From Candidatus Poribacteria bacterium (lineage in GTDB: Bacteria; Poribacteria; WGA-4E; PCPOR2b): a DNA stretch of 64,000 nt. Below, piece by piece: positions 8,783 through 18,756 of the stretch. The stretch is taken from the NCBI GenBank assembly GCA_965215015.1, contig OZ244042.1, positions 1,728,001 through 1,792,000 of the forward strand, given 5' to 3'. The position numbers and the translations under genes are program-made. The notes under the pieces were generated by a model. That model saw only the letters and a list, made by a program, of their open reading frames with translations. It made no database searches and was not told the origin of the DNA. Numbering within the stretch: position 1 is the first letter of the stretch; each line of letters begins with the position of its first letter.

Positions 8783-10150
8783 ATGAACCTCACAATTGCT
8801 GAAATTCTACAGGCAACCCAGGGCAACCTCATCCGAGGCAATCCCAACACAGTGATAACGCAGGTCTCGACAGATTCGCGAACACTTAAAAAGGGTAATC
8901 TCTTTGTTGCACTGGTCGGTGAAAAATTTGATGGACATAACTTTCTAGAGGGTGTGTGTCAGCAAGGTGCCATCGGGGCGGTTGTTTCAAAACAGGTCGC
9001 CGATGCGCCTCGACTTGCACTACCGATTATTGTGCAAGTAAGCGACACGCTGGTTGCGCTGGGAGATATTGCCAACTGTCACCGCCACAAGTTTAATCTG
9101 CCAATCATCGCTATCACAGGCAGCAACGGCAAGACCACGACGAAAGACATAACAACCTCTGTGTTGGCGCAACGGTTTTCCGTTTTCAAATCCGAGAAAA
9201 GTTATAATAATCAGATTGGCATTCCCTCGCGATTGATGCAAATCAGCGAAGTAGATGAGATCGCTGTGTTAGAGATTGGCACCAGTTGGCCCGGAGAGAT
9301 TGAGCGACTGTCGCAAATTACGGCACCGACCGTCGGGGTGATCACCAACATAGGGCCGGCACACTTGGAATTGCTCGGTTCAATTGAAGGGGTCGCTGAA
9401 GAGAAGGGGGCATTGCTGACGCATGTCGAACATGCTATCCTCAACGCCGATGATCCAATGACACCGAGACTTGCCCGCCGTGTGTGTGGTCAAACTACCA
9501 CATTTGGTTGGCAGACTGATGCGGATATTTCTGCAGATGAGATTGAAATTGACGGTTTTGGCAAGCCTGTGTTTACGTTGAAGATTGGCGGGAACGAGAT
9601 TGATAGAGTACATTTGCCATGTCTAGGCAAACACAACATCTACAATGCGCTTGCCGCTGCCGCCGTAGGTCTCTGGGCGGGCTTAACGCCACCAGAGATT
9701 TGTACCGGACTAGAGTGTTTTCAGCCGGCCGACATGCGGATGCAGCCGATTGTACACAACGACCTATGCATCATTAACGACGCCTATAACTCAAACCCGG
9801 AGTCCCTCAAGGCCGCTTTGGCATTTTTCAGCGATATTGAAATAACTGGCAAGCGAATTGCCATCCTTGGTGATATGCTTGAACTTGGCAAATACTCTCA
9901 CATGCTCCACCTGGAAACGGGACAAGCTCTCCCAACCAACATCAACCTATTGATTACTGTTGGTCCCTATAGCCGCGCGATTGCTCATGGAGCAGAAAAC
10001 AAGGTCAAGTCAATTATCTCCTGCGACACGCCAAAGCAAGCAGCACAGCAATTGATCAAATACGTTCACCCCGGTGATGCGGTGCTCATCAAGGGGTCAC
10101 GCGGGGTAAAATTGGAGCAGGTCTTGGAAGAACTGAGGCGTGAAACCTAA
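8783..10150 (+). CDS. murF: UDP-MurNAc-tripeptide:D-Ala-D-Ala ligase
   Basis: TDSR, ITGSNGKTTTK, DAYNSNPES, LGDMLELG, KGSRG; start moved to MNLTIAEI. Confidence 0.96.
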   Translation: MNLTIAEILQATQGNLIRGNPNTVITQVSTDSRTLKKGNLFVALVGEKFDGHNFLEGVCQQGAIGAVVSKQVADAPRLALPIIVQVSDTLVALGDIANCHRHKFNLPIIAITGSNGKTTTKDITTSVLAQRFSVFKSEKSYNNQIGIPSRLMQISEVDEIAVLEIGTSWPGEIERLSQITAPTVGVITNIGPAHLELLGSIEGVAEEKGALLTHVEHAILNADDPMTPRLARRVCGQTTTFGWQTDADISADEIEIDGFGKPVFTLKIGGNEIDRVHLPCLGKHNIYNALAAAAVGLWAGLTPPEICTGLECFQPADMRMQPIVHNDLCIINDAYNSNPESLKAALAFFSDIEITGKRIAILGDMLELGKYSHMLHLETGQALPTNINLLITVGPYSRAIAHGAENKVKSIISCDTPKQAAQQLIKYVHPGDAVLIKGSRGVKLEQVLEELRRET

Positions 10151-10292
10151 AATTGGGTGTCTAACACCTCACCCCGAATTAGGCTTAAAATTGGTGGGCA
10201 TGTGGAAGGAAGCGGCACTTTCCTTTTTAATCCCTCATCATTTCCAACTTTCACCAATCGTATGAATTCAAAGGATAAACCTTAATATCAAT

Positions 10293-11396
10293 ATGCTCTA
10301 CTATCTATTTTTTGAACAATTAACAGGTTTTTTTTCGCCGCTGAACGTATTTCGTTATATCAGTTTTCGGTCCATCTATGCAACAGTGACCGCACTACTT
10401 ATAGCCCTAATTTTAGGTCCATTTGTTATTCGACAGCTGAGACGCTTGAAAATCGGTCAGCATGTCCGAGATGATGGGCCCGAAACGCATTTCAGCAAGG
10501 AGGGTACGCCGACGATGGGCGGCGTACTTATTATCATATCTGTGCTGATCTCAATTTTTCTGTGGGCACGATTGGATCAGCCCTATATTTTTGTTCTCAC
10601 CTTCAGCCTTGTGTGGTTTGGTGGGCTCGGTTTTCTGGATGATTACCGGAAAATTACCAACCAACAATCGCTTGGATTGAAGGGTTGGCATAAGATTTTT
10701 TTACAAACACTTGGTGCACTCGCCATTGCCTACTTCCTCTACCAATGGGGACCTGTTCCTAAAGATAGTTTGACTGAAAGAACATCAATTATCATTCCTT
10801 TCTTTAAGCAGCTGCGTCCCGACCTCGGTATATTCTTTATTCCATTTGCAGCGTTCATCATTGTCAGTGCGTCCAACGCTGTCAATCTGACAGATGGGCT
10901 TGACGGTTTAGCCATCGGCTGTACTCTGTTTGTCGCAGCCACATTTGGTGTACTAGGCTACCTTACAAGCCACCAACAGTTAGCCAATTATCTCGACATC
11001 GCGCATATTCCAACCAGCGGAGAGGCTGCGACTATCTTCTGTGCTGCATTGATTGGGGCGGGTGTCGGCTTTTTATGGTATAATTGTCATCCGGCACAGG
11101 TCTTCATGGGAGATACAGGTTCGTTAGCTCTCGGTGCAGCACTTGGAACCATTTCTATCTTAATTAAGGAAGAGATTTTGCTTGTGATTGTTGGAGGGAT
11201 TTTCGTCGCTGAAGCCCTTTCCGTCATTATCCAAGTTGCCTCCTATAAAACACGAAAAAAACGGGTGTTCAGAATGTCACCGCTACATCATCATTTTGAG
11301 CAACTCGGTTGGCCCGAGCCGAAGGTCGTCCTCCGTTTCTGGATTATTGGCTTGATCTTGATGCTCATCGCACTGAGTACCCTCAAATTACGATAG
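10293..11396 (+). CDS. mraY: Phospho-MurNAc-pentapeptide transferase
   Basis: KEGTPTMGG, NAVNLTDGLDGL, FMGDTGS, PLHHHFE. Confidence 0.97.
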   Translation: MLYYLFFEQLTGFFSPLNVFRYISFRSIYATVTALLIALILGPFVIRQLRRLKIGQHVRDDGPETHFSKEGTPTMGGVLIIISVLISIFLWARLDQPYIFVLTFSLVWFGGLGFLDDYRKITNQQSLGLKGWHKIFLQTLGALAIAYFLYQWGPVPKDSLTERTSIIIPFFKQLRPDLGIFFIPFAAFIIVSASNAVNLTDGLDGLAIGCTLFVAATFGVLGYLTSHQQLANYLDIAHIPTSGEAATIFCAALIGAGVGFLWYNCHPAQVFMGDTGSLALGAALGTISILIKEEILLVIVGGIFVAEALSVIIQVASYKTRKKRVFRMSPLHHHFEQLGWPEPKVVLRFWIIGLILMLIALSTLKLR

Positions 11397-11470
11397 TGGT
11401 AAAAGAAATAAGCAGAAAATAGTGGATATTCAATGATTGTAGGTATTCCAAATCCGCGTAGGGAGAGACC

Positions 11471-12217
11471 ATGCGATTAAAAAATAAAATTGCTGTTATC
11501 ACCGGTGGGGCGACGGGCATCGGTGCTGCTACAGCGGTGATGTATGCACAAGAGGGAGCTAAAGTTGTCATCGCCGATCTGAATGAGGAAGATGGCTGGG
11601 CAACTGCCCAATCCATTGAAGCAGAGGGAGGCACTGCTCAGTTTGTACGGACGGATGTCTCTCAAGAGGCGGATGTTGCTGCAATGGTGGAAGCTGTAAA
11701 ACAGAGCTTTGGGCGGCTTGATGTCTTGGTGACCTGCGCTGGTATCCTGTTAGGCGCAGCGGTGCGCATCGATCAGTTTGAGGCGGAAGCATGGGATGCG
11801 GTCATCAGGGTCAACTTGAGGGGGACTTTCCTGTGCACTAAACATGCCGTTCCGTTGATGGAAAAGAGCGGCGGTGGGGTAATGGCACTGATTGCATCGG
11901 GTGCCGGGGTGACAGGGCCCAGTGCATCCGTCGCCTATGGTGCCAGCAAAGGCGGGGTACGAGGCTTGGGATTTACCCTAAAGAACCAAGTTGAGCCGTT
12001 GAATATTCGAGTGCATGTTGTTTGTCCCGGCAACCTCAATACCCCTCTGAAACTCAGGGCAATCGCCGAAATCGCAGAAAGGGGAGGAGAATCACCGGAA
12101 GCGGCTGTTACCGCCGCACAGGCGTCTCTATTCCAACCGGAAGAGGTCGCCAAGGTGCTGACAGACCTTGCTTCTGATGCGGGGGTGAATGCGGAAGAAC
12201 TCATATTTACAAAGTAA
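11471..12217 (+). CDS. SDR-family NAD(P)-dependent oxidoreductase
   Basis: TGGATGIG and YGASK (YxxxK) motifs. Confidence 0.92.
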   Translation: MRLKNKIAVITGGATGIGAATAVMYAQEGAKVVIADLNEEDGWATAQSIEAEGGTAQFVRTDVSQEADVAAMVEAVKQSFGRLDVLVTCAGILLGAAVRIDQFEAEAWDAVIRVNLRGTFLCTKHAVPLMEKSGGGVMALIASGAGVTGPSASVAYGASKGGVRGLGFTLKNQVEPLNIRVHVVCPGNLNTPLKLRAIAEIAERGGESPEAAVTAAQASLFQPEEVAKVLTDLASDAGVNAEELIFTK

Positions 12218-12403
12218 CCTAAGCTACCAATTTCGACACCGACAAAGAACGCTTGATAGGCTTTGTCGAGACCGAGACGGCGTAAAGCATCCTGTAAGAC
12301 ATCTTCCTCCCCTCCCCCGATAAATCGGGGCTAAGAAGCCTAAAGGAAAAGGGGGCTCCACTGCCAAGATTTGATGAAAACAGATCCGCTCTGGTCGGTA
12401 TCT

Positions 12404-12665
12404 GGGGCGTGTTGACATTTGACAAATTGAACCAATCTGATGCGCTCTGAAGCGACTTCAAATTTCTGTAGGGGCACCCCCAAGGCCCGGTATGTTGTGC
12501 AACCGTGTCTGGTGAATTGAAAACACCCGGACTCTCGCGCAATGTTCCGGGCGGATTGAGCCAAGATGGTGTTTGGTATTCTATGGCGTGAGGTTGCCGG
12601 TATTTTCGGGATTAAGCAGCCTACCCCTACATTGGGGAGATTTTCCAAAATGTCAACAGAACCTA
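12404..12665. mobile_element. MITE-like element with TGTTGACATTT-core terminal inverted repeats
   Basis: GGGCGTGTTGACATTT ... AAATGTCAACAGAACCTA; similar ends at 15961-16089 and 33514-33530. Confidence 0.5.
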
Positions 12666-12799
12666 GCAATTTTCTATTTACTTTCTAAATTTCTGCTGCG
12701 CGGAAATAACTCTTTACATTTTTAATGATTTTAGTATATAATAAACAATGCACTGCTACCAAATAAAGTAGATAGAGCAGGAATAAAAAGGGAAGTCGG

Positions 12800-13375
12800 A
12801 TGGTTTTATCAGATCAAGATATTGTTCGTTATCAGAAACTGGGGAAAATCAAAATCACTCCTCCCCCAGATCTCACCAAGCAGCTGGGTTCCTGTTCCAT
12901 CGATTTCCGGCTAGGGAATACCTTCCGGTTGTTTGAGCACAGCAAGTATCCTTATATCGATCTCTGTGAAGAGATTGACCCCAATGAACTGATGCATAAA
13001 GTGGAAGTCCCCAATGGTGAGGCGTTTACTATGCAGCCGGGGGAATTTGTACTTGCGGCAACCCTCGAAACTCTTGAACTTGCTGACGATGTAATGGCGA
13101 GGCTTGAAGGACGGAGCAGCCTTGGTAGGCTCGGCATTATTGTTCACAGTACGGCGGGGCTCTTTGATCCAGGCTGGGTCGGTACCGCTACATTGGAACT
13201 GGGAAATCTTGGGCGTATGCCTGTTAAACTCTACCCCGGGATGCGGATTTGTGCGTTTACATTTGAAGAGTTATCCTCTCCTGCAAAAGTGCCCTATCGT
13301 CAAAAACCGGGGAATAAGTATGCCGGACAAGTTGAACCAGAAGCCAGCCGTTTTGAGAAGGATTTGAATCAGTAA
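12800..13375 (+). CDS. dcd: dCTP deaminase
   Basis: SIDFRLG, EGRSSLGRLG, HSTAGLFDPG, TLELGN. Confidence 0.95.
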   Translation: MVLSDQDIVRYQKLGKIKITPPPDLTKQLGSCSIDFRLGNTFRLFEHSKYPYIDLCEEIDPNELMHKVEVPNGEAFTMQPGEFVLAATLETLELADDVMARLEGRSSLGRLGIIVHSTAGLFDPGWVGTATLELGNLGRMPVKLYPGMRICAFTFEELSSPAKVPYRQKPGNKYAGQVEPEASRFEKDLNQ

Positions 13376-13408
13376 ACAGTTGCATTGCTAAAAACTTTAG
13401 CAGTGATA

Positions 13409-13425
13409 TGCACAATAATTCAGCA
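13409..13425. promoter_or_regulatory. Possible NtrC-type enhancer site upstream of glnA
   Basis: TGCACAATAATTCAGCA approximates TGCAC-N7-GTGCA; a weaker GCAC-N8-GTGC lies at 13542-13557. Confidence 0.4.
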
Positions 13426-13600
13426 TGAGTGAATTGAGGCAGTTGTATCATACCGCTTATTTTCTATTAAAGGGGCACCTCACATAGTGAGACAATTAGG
13501 GACAAACCACCCATCAGAGCCAAATTTCCTCTACCAAATAAGCACAAAACGAGGTGCAGAAATTTGACGCTGGTTGTTCATTTCAACAGGGATGCAATCA

Positions 13601-13617
13601 TTGGCATATCGCTTGCT
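13601..13617 (+). promoter_or_regulatory. Sigma-54 (-24/-12) promoter of glnA
   Basis: TTGGCATATCGCTTGCT = TGGCA-N6-TTGC, i.e. GG-N10-GC. Confidence 0.8.
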
Positions 13618-13815
13618 TCATCTTGGAGGTGTCCTGTTTTCAGATGCCATTGTCTCTAATAATTCGTTGAGTAGGGTGTATGAAAAGTGGCAGAGATGTC
13701 TCCCCCTTGAGAGGTTTCTCATATGCGTTCCTAATCGGATCGCTAGGCAGTGCCAACCCTACCTAGTTTAATCATCATTGCTTGGCTCAAATATTTTTGT
13801 TTAAGGAGAGTTTAG

Positions 13816-15258
13816 ATGACACCAAGTGAAGTTGTAGAATTTGCAAGGGAAAAAGATGTCAAAATTGTTGACTTTAAATTTACGGATCTGCCTGGCATGT
13901 GGCACCACTTTTCGATTCCCTCAACAGAGTTAGAGGAAGACCTGTTTGAAGATGGACTCGGTTTTGATGGTTCAAGTATTCGCGGTTTTCAGGCGATTAA
14001 CGAAAGCGATATGCTCCTGTTCCCTGATCCCGATACAGCGATTGTGGATCCGGTTTGCAAGATTCCGACACTCAGTCTTATTTGTAACATTAAGGATCCA
14101 ATTACCTTAGAAAGCTATAGTCGAGACGTACGGCATATCTCTCAAAAAGCGGAAGCCTATCTCAAAAGCACCGGACTCGCGGATACCAGCTATTGGGGAC
14201 CGGAAGCTGAGTTTTTTGTATTCAATGATGTTCGCTATGGTCAAAATCAGCATTCCGGCTTCTATTCCGTTGATTCCGTTGAAGGGAGTTGGAACGCAGG
14301 TAAAGGGAGTTGGAATCCAAATACAGGCGACTATGACGGACCGAACCTCGGGTACAAACCTCGCTACAAGGAAGGGTATTTCCCCGTTCCGCCATCGGAT
14401 ACGCTGCAAGATGTTCGGTCTGAAATGATTCTCAAAATGATCGATTGTGGGATTGATGTAGAGGTTCACCACCATGAGGTTGGCACCGGCGGGCAGGGTG
14501 AGATTGATCTCCGGTTTGATACCATGACCCGGATAGGCGATAAGCTCGCGCTGTATAAGTACATCATCAAGAATACAGCCCGTGCCCACAACATGACAGC
14601 GACCTTTATGCCAAAGCCGCTGTTTGAAGATAATGGGTCAGGTATGCACACCCATCAGAGTTTATGGAAAGATGGGCAAAATATCTTTTATGATCCGCAG
14701 GGCTATGCCGGGTTAAGTGAAGCCGCATTATATTACGCCGGCGGTCTCCTTAAACACCTACCGTCGCTGTGTGCTATCATCGCACCGACAACCAATTCTT
14801 ACAAGCGGTTGGTCCCAGGTTACGAGGCACCGGTGAATCTTGCATACTCGCAAAGAAATCGGAGTGCGTGCGTCCGCATTCCCGTCTATTCTCAGAGCGA
14901 AAGATCGAAGCGACTAGAACTCCGTACACCAGATCCATCCTGTAACGCATATCTTGCCTGTAGCGCAATGCTCATGGCGGGGCTTGATGGTATCCGAAAC
15001 CAGATTCACCCCGGTGATCCACTCGATAAGGATCTGTATGATCTGGAACCGGAGGAACTGGCAGAAATTGAGTCAACGCCAGCTTCTTTAGCTGAGGCGC
15101 TTGATGCCTTAGAGGACGATCATGACTACCTGCTCGAAGGCGATGTGATCACGCAGGACGTGATTGACACATGGATAGAGTATAAACGTGAAAACGAAGT
15201 CGATGCAATCAACCTCCGTCCGCATCCACACGAATTTCATCTCTACTATGATATTTAA
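13816..15258 (+). CDS. glnA: Glutamine synthetase type I
   Basis: [38 protein letters not shown], adenylylation motif DKDLYDL. Confidence 0.98.
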   Translation: MTPSEVVEFAREKDVKIVDFKFTDLPGMWHHFSIPSTELEEDLFEDGLGFDGSSIRGFQAINESDMLLFPDPDTAIVDPVCKIPTLSLICNIKDPITLESYSRDVRHISQKAEAYLKSTGLADTSYWGPEAEFFVFNDVRYGQNQHSGFYSVDSVEGSWNAGKGSWNPNTGDYDGPNLGYKPRYKEGYFPVPPSDTLQDVRSEMILKMIDCGIDVEVHHHEVGTGGQGEIDLRFDTMTRIGDKLALYKYIIKNTARAHNMTATFMPKPLFEDNGSGMHTHQSLWKDGQNIFYDPQGYAGLSEAALYYAGGLLKHLPSLCAIIAPTTNSYKRLVPGYEAPVNLAYSQRNRSACVRIPVYSQSERSKRLELRTPDPSCNAYLACSAMLMAGLDGIRNQIHPGDPLDKDLYDLEPEELAEIESTPASLAEALDALEDDHDYLLEGDVITQDVIDTWIEYKRENEVDAINLRPHPHEFHLYYDI

Positions 15259-15404
15259 TCGGTTGGATTCCTTTTTTAGTTGTAGATAACAATGAAAGTT
15301 AAGCGTAAAACGCAACCTGTAATCAGGCTCCTACGTTTTTACGCTTACTAGATTCACAGGGTTGAGGGGTTGTGAGCATCACCGTTTGAACAAAGGAGAG
15401 ATAA

Positions 15405-15746
<342 letters not shown>

Positions 15747-15778
15747 ACACAAGCCCCTATTCACGCAACAGTGCAATT

Positions 15779-15822
15779 GTAGGGGACAATGCCTTGATCA
15801 GAGAGGTGTTGTCCCCTATTTT
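15779..15822 (+). terminator. Hairpin with T-tract after glnB (GTAG-type REP doubling as terminator)
   Basis: TAGGGGACAA...TTGTCCCCTA followed by TTTT. Confidence 0.55.
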
Positions 15823-15960
15823 CGTGCACCCTGAAACGATTCACCACCTACTCATCACCCTCCTTCCTACCGAAATTGCAGTGCACTTCCCTCTCCACAT
15901 CGTCCAAGAGTTCATTGGTTCAGAAGCTCATTAGATAAGCCAATATACTGATAAACCAAT

Positions 15961-16089
15961 TAGGGCATGTTGACATTTACGTGCGGCGTGTCCGTAGTTC
16001 GCCGATAAGGAACCAATCATAAGGGCTGGGTTCTCGCCCAACGGGTTACGAGCCCCAACCTACGTGCTATCCAATATCAATAGAACCTA
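15961..16089. mobile_element. Short MITE-like element with the same ends as 12404-12665
   Basis: TAGGGCATGTTGACATTT ... AATATCAATAGAACCTA. Confidence 0.45.
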
Positions 16090-16227
16090 GCGAATCAGCG
16101 TCCCGTACAACATAACAGTTACTCCCTATTTTTGCTTGACGCGCTTTTGCTTGACATGCTATTATTTATATCTGTCTTGCCATTATTTAATCTTAGAAAT
16201 TCAAAAGCATAGAGGTGATTATCGAAT

Positions 16228-17184
16228 ATGATTGAAGTGATAAATTTGACAAAACGGTACGGCCCAACCGTTGCGGTAAATAATGTCTCCTTTGATGCGA
16301 AAGCGGGAGAAGTGCTAGGCTTCCTAGGTCCAAACGGAGCGGGCAAAACCACAACGATGCGTATCTTAACTTGCTACCTCTCAGCAGACGAGGGAACTGC
16401 GAAAGTCGATGGATATGATGTTTTTGAGGAGTCTATTGAAGTCCGTAAACGGATTGGCTACCTGCCTGAAAGCGCACCCCTCTATACTGATATGGGGGTT
16501 ATCGACTACCTTAAATTTATCGCCCAAATCCGGGATATTCCCAAGAACCAACGCTCCCAGCGTATTAAAGATGTCGTTGACATCTGTGGACTTGAGAAGA
16601 TGATTCAAAAGGATGTCGGTGAACTCTCCAAAGGCTATCGCCAACGCCTCGGCCTCGCACAAAGCCTGATTCATGATCCCCCGATCCTCGTGCTCGATGA
16701 GCCCACCTCTGGGCTTGACCCCAACCAAATTATCGAAATTCGTAATCTGATTCGAGACATCGGCAAGGAGAAGATGGTTATCTTCAGTACACACATCCTG
16801 TCTGAAGTCTCCGCGACCTGTAGCCGAATTTTGATTATCAATGATGGGCAGATTGTTGCCAATGGCACACCAGACGAGTTAGCTGGACGGGCGCGCGGGG
16901 AAGAGGTCGTTCACATCTCCATCCTGGGTCCACGCGAAGAAATCGAAGCGAAACTTGAAGAATTACCCCTGATCTCAGACTTCAAACGGGTGAAATCCGA
17001 TGATGGCGGGTGCGGCTATCAGATTGTGTCCCATAAAGGGAAAAACACGGCAGAAGAACTCTTCCATTTTGTAGTACAGAATCACTGGAGTTTGACAGAA
17101 TTGCGCCAAGAAGCAATTAGCCTCGAAGATGTCTTCCGGCAACTGACCGGCAATGAATCCGCGACTCAGCCAACCGCCGTGTAA
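16228..17184 (+). CDS. ABC transporter ATP-binding protein (GldA-like)
   Basis: GPNGAGKTT, LSKGYRQR, LDEPTSGLDP, STH. Confidence 0.95.
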   Translation: MIEVINLTKRYGPTVAVNNVSFDAKAGEVLGFLGPNGAGKTTTMRILTCYLSADEGTAKVDGYDVFEESIEVRKRIGYLPESAPLYTDMGVIDYLKFIAQIRDIPKNQRSQRIKDVVDICGLEKMIQKDVGELSKGYRQRLGLAQSLIHDPPILVLDEPTSGLDPNQIIEIRNLIRDIGKEKMVIFSTHILSEVSATCSRILIINDGQIVANGTPDELAGRARGEEVVHISILGPREEIEAKLEELPLISDFKRVKSDDGGCGYQIVSHKGKNTAEELFHFVVQNHWSLTELRQEAISLEDVFRQLTGNESATQPTAV

Positions 17185-17250
17185 AGCCCAGCCGCTCCCG
17201 TTTCACCTTCAACACAATACACAGTTCCTCAACTTAGGAGACCACCGACC

Positions 17251-17907
17251 ATGAGAATTGTGACACCTGATTTTGCAGGGGCGGCGTATCCACCGGGTAC
17301 AAAAGTATCATTTACAACTGAGACAGGCAGTACGCTGCACGGCACCGTACAAGGCCTACTCCCTCGGTGGGCGCGGGTGGCAACGCAGCAAGGAAGGCTG
17401 TGGAAAGTTCCATACGGTCTCTTAACGGTGATAGAGCCCACGCAAGACCCAGCGATGCCGCTCACCGAAGTTACAGTGCTGGGAAAGTACTTAATTCGAG
17501 AACATGAAGTCAAAAGTGGACTCAAAACGGGCTGGCAGTTCGCATTCGATCTCGCGCCAGCACGCGGAGGCTTATGCAAATACAGGGAGAAGCTGATTAC
17601 GCTCTCGCTCACGTACTGCTTGAGAGCATCTAAGAAAGAAATTGTTGATACAATCCTACATGAGATTGCACATGCGATAGTCGGACCGAAGCACGGACAT
17701 GATGCAACATGGAAAGCAGCAGCACGACGGATTGGCTGCACGGCCGAACGGTGCCACCACGTCCAACATACACCCCCGCGCTGGTACGGACAGTGTGGCT
17801 GTGGTCAACAATGGAAACGACAACGCCTGAGTCAACGCACAAAAACATCCAGGTGTCGGAAGTGCAAGGGGCCTATTGAGTGGAAAAGGGCAGGAATAAA
17901 CCATTAA
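17251..17907 (+). CDS. SprT-like zinc metalloprotease with N-terminal SH3-like segment and C-terminal Zn ribbon
   Basis: TILHEIAHA, HGHDATWK, CGC...CRKC. Confidence 0.85.
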   Translation: MRIVTPDFAGAAYPPGTKVSFTTETGSTLHGTVQGLLPRWARVATQQGRLWKVPYGLLTVIEPTQDPAMPLTEVTVLGKYLIREHEVKSGLKTGWQFAFDLAPARGGLCKYREKLITLSLTYCLRASKKEIVDTILHEIAHAIVGPKHGHDATWKAAARRIGCTAERCHHVQHTPPRWYGQCGCGQQWKRQRLSQRTKTSRCRKCKGPIEWKRAGINH

Positions 17908-18035
17908 ACAAAACCTACGCTCTAGCAAATTTGTCACCGGCTGCCTCTGTCAGCCAAATGGGAAGCAAAGTCTGAAAATCCTGTTATCGAATTAAACCGT
18001 AGCGATTTTCAAGGAGGTAACACCACAAGAAGAAA

Positions 18036-18752
18036 ATGAATAACATTGCAGCAATTTTCACGAAAGAGTTTAGGGGCTACTTTAATTCGCCTATCGCCTA
18101 TATCTTTATCACATTTTTTCTCGCACTGGCCGCCTGGTTTTTCTTTCGAGGCTTTTTCCTCGTAGGTCAAGCCGTGATGAGAAGTTTCTTCAGTTGGGTG
18201 CCGTGGATATTCCTTCTGTTCATTCCGGCGGTCACCATGAAGCTCTGGGCAGAGGAAAAAAAGATAGGCACGGTCGAAATCCTGATGACCCTTCCTATCA
18301 AGGATCACGAAGTGGTCATCGGGAAATACCTTGCCAGCTTTAGCCTCCTTGGGGTAACCATTCTTCTCTCCCTTTCTATACCGATTACCGTCTCCTACCT
18401 TGGGGAACCGGATGGGGGACCTATCCTCGGCGGCTATATCGGGCTTCTCCTGATGGGAGCGGCTTACCTCTCTATTGGGATGTTTGCCTCCACCATTACG
18501 GAAAATCAGATTATCGCTTTCATCCTTGGGATTGTGATGTGCTTCGCGCTATTCATCATCGGTGAAGACATCGTGCTTTTCAATGCGCCGAACTGGATTG
18601 TCCCAATTTTCAGCTACCTCGGTTTGGGTGCCCATTTTAGCAGCATTCTGAGAGGCGTTATCGATTCGCGAGATCTCATCTATTACTTTTCTGTTATCGG
18701 TTTTTTCCTCTATTTGAGTGTCTTGATGGTTACAGTTCAGAAATGGAGATAG
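18036..18752 (+). CDS. ABC-2 permease (GldF-like)
   Basis: KEFRGYFNSPIAY, AEEKKIGTVEILMT, RGVIDSRDLIY. Confidence 0.92.
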   Translation: MNNIAAIFTKEFRGYFNSPIAYIFITFFLALAAWFFFRGFFLVGQAVMRSFFSWVPWIFLLFIPAVTMKLWAEEKKIGTVEILMTLPIKDHEVVIGKYLASFSLLGVTILLSLSIPITVSYLGEPDGGPILGGYIGLLLMGAAYLSIGMFASTITENQIIAFILGIVMCFALFIIGEDIVLFNAPNWIVPIFSYLGLGAHFSSILRGVIDSRDLIYYFSVIGFFLYLSVLMVTVQKWR

Positions 18753-18756
18753 ACCT

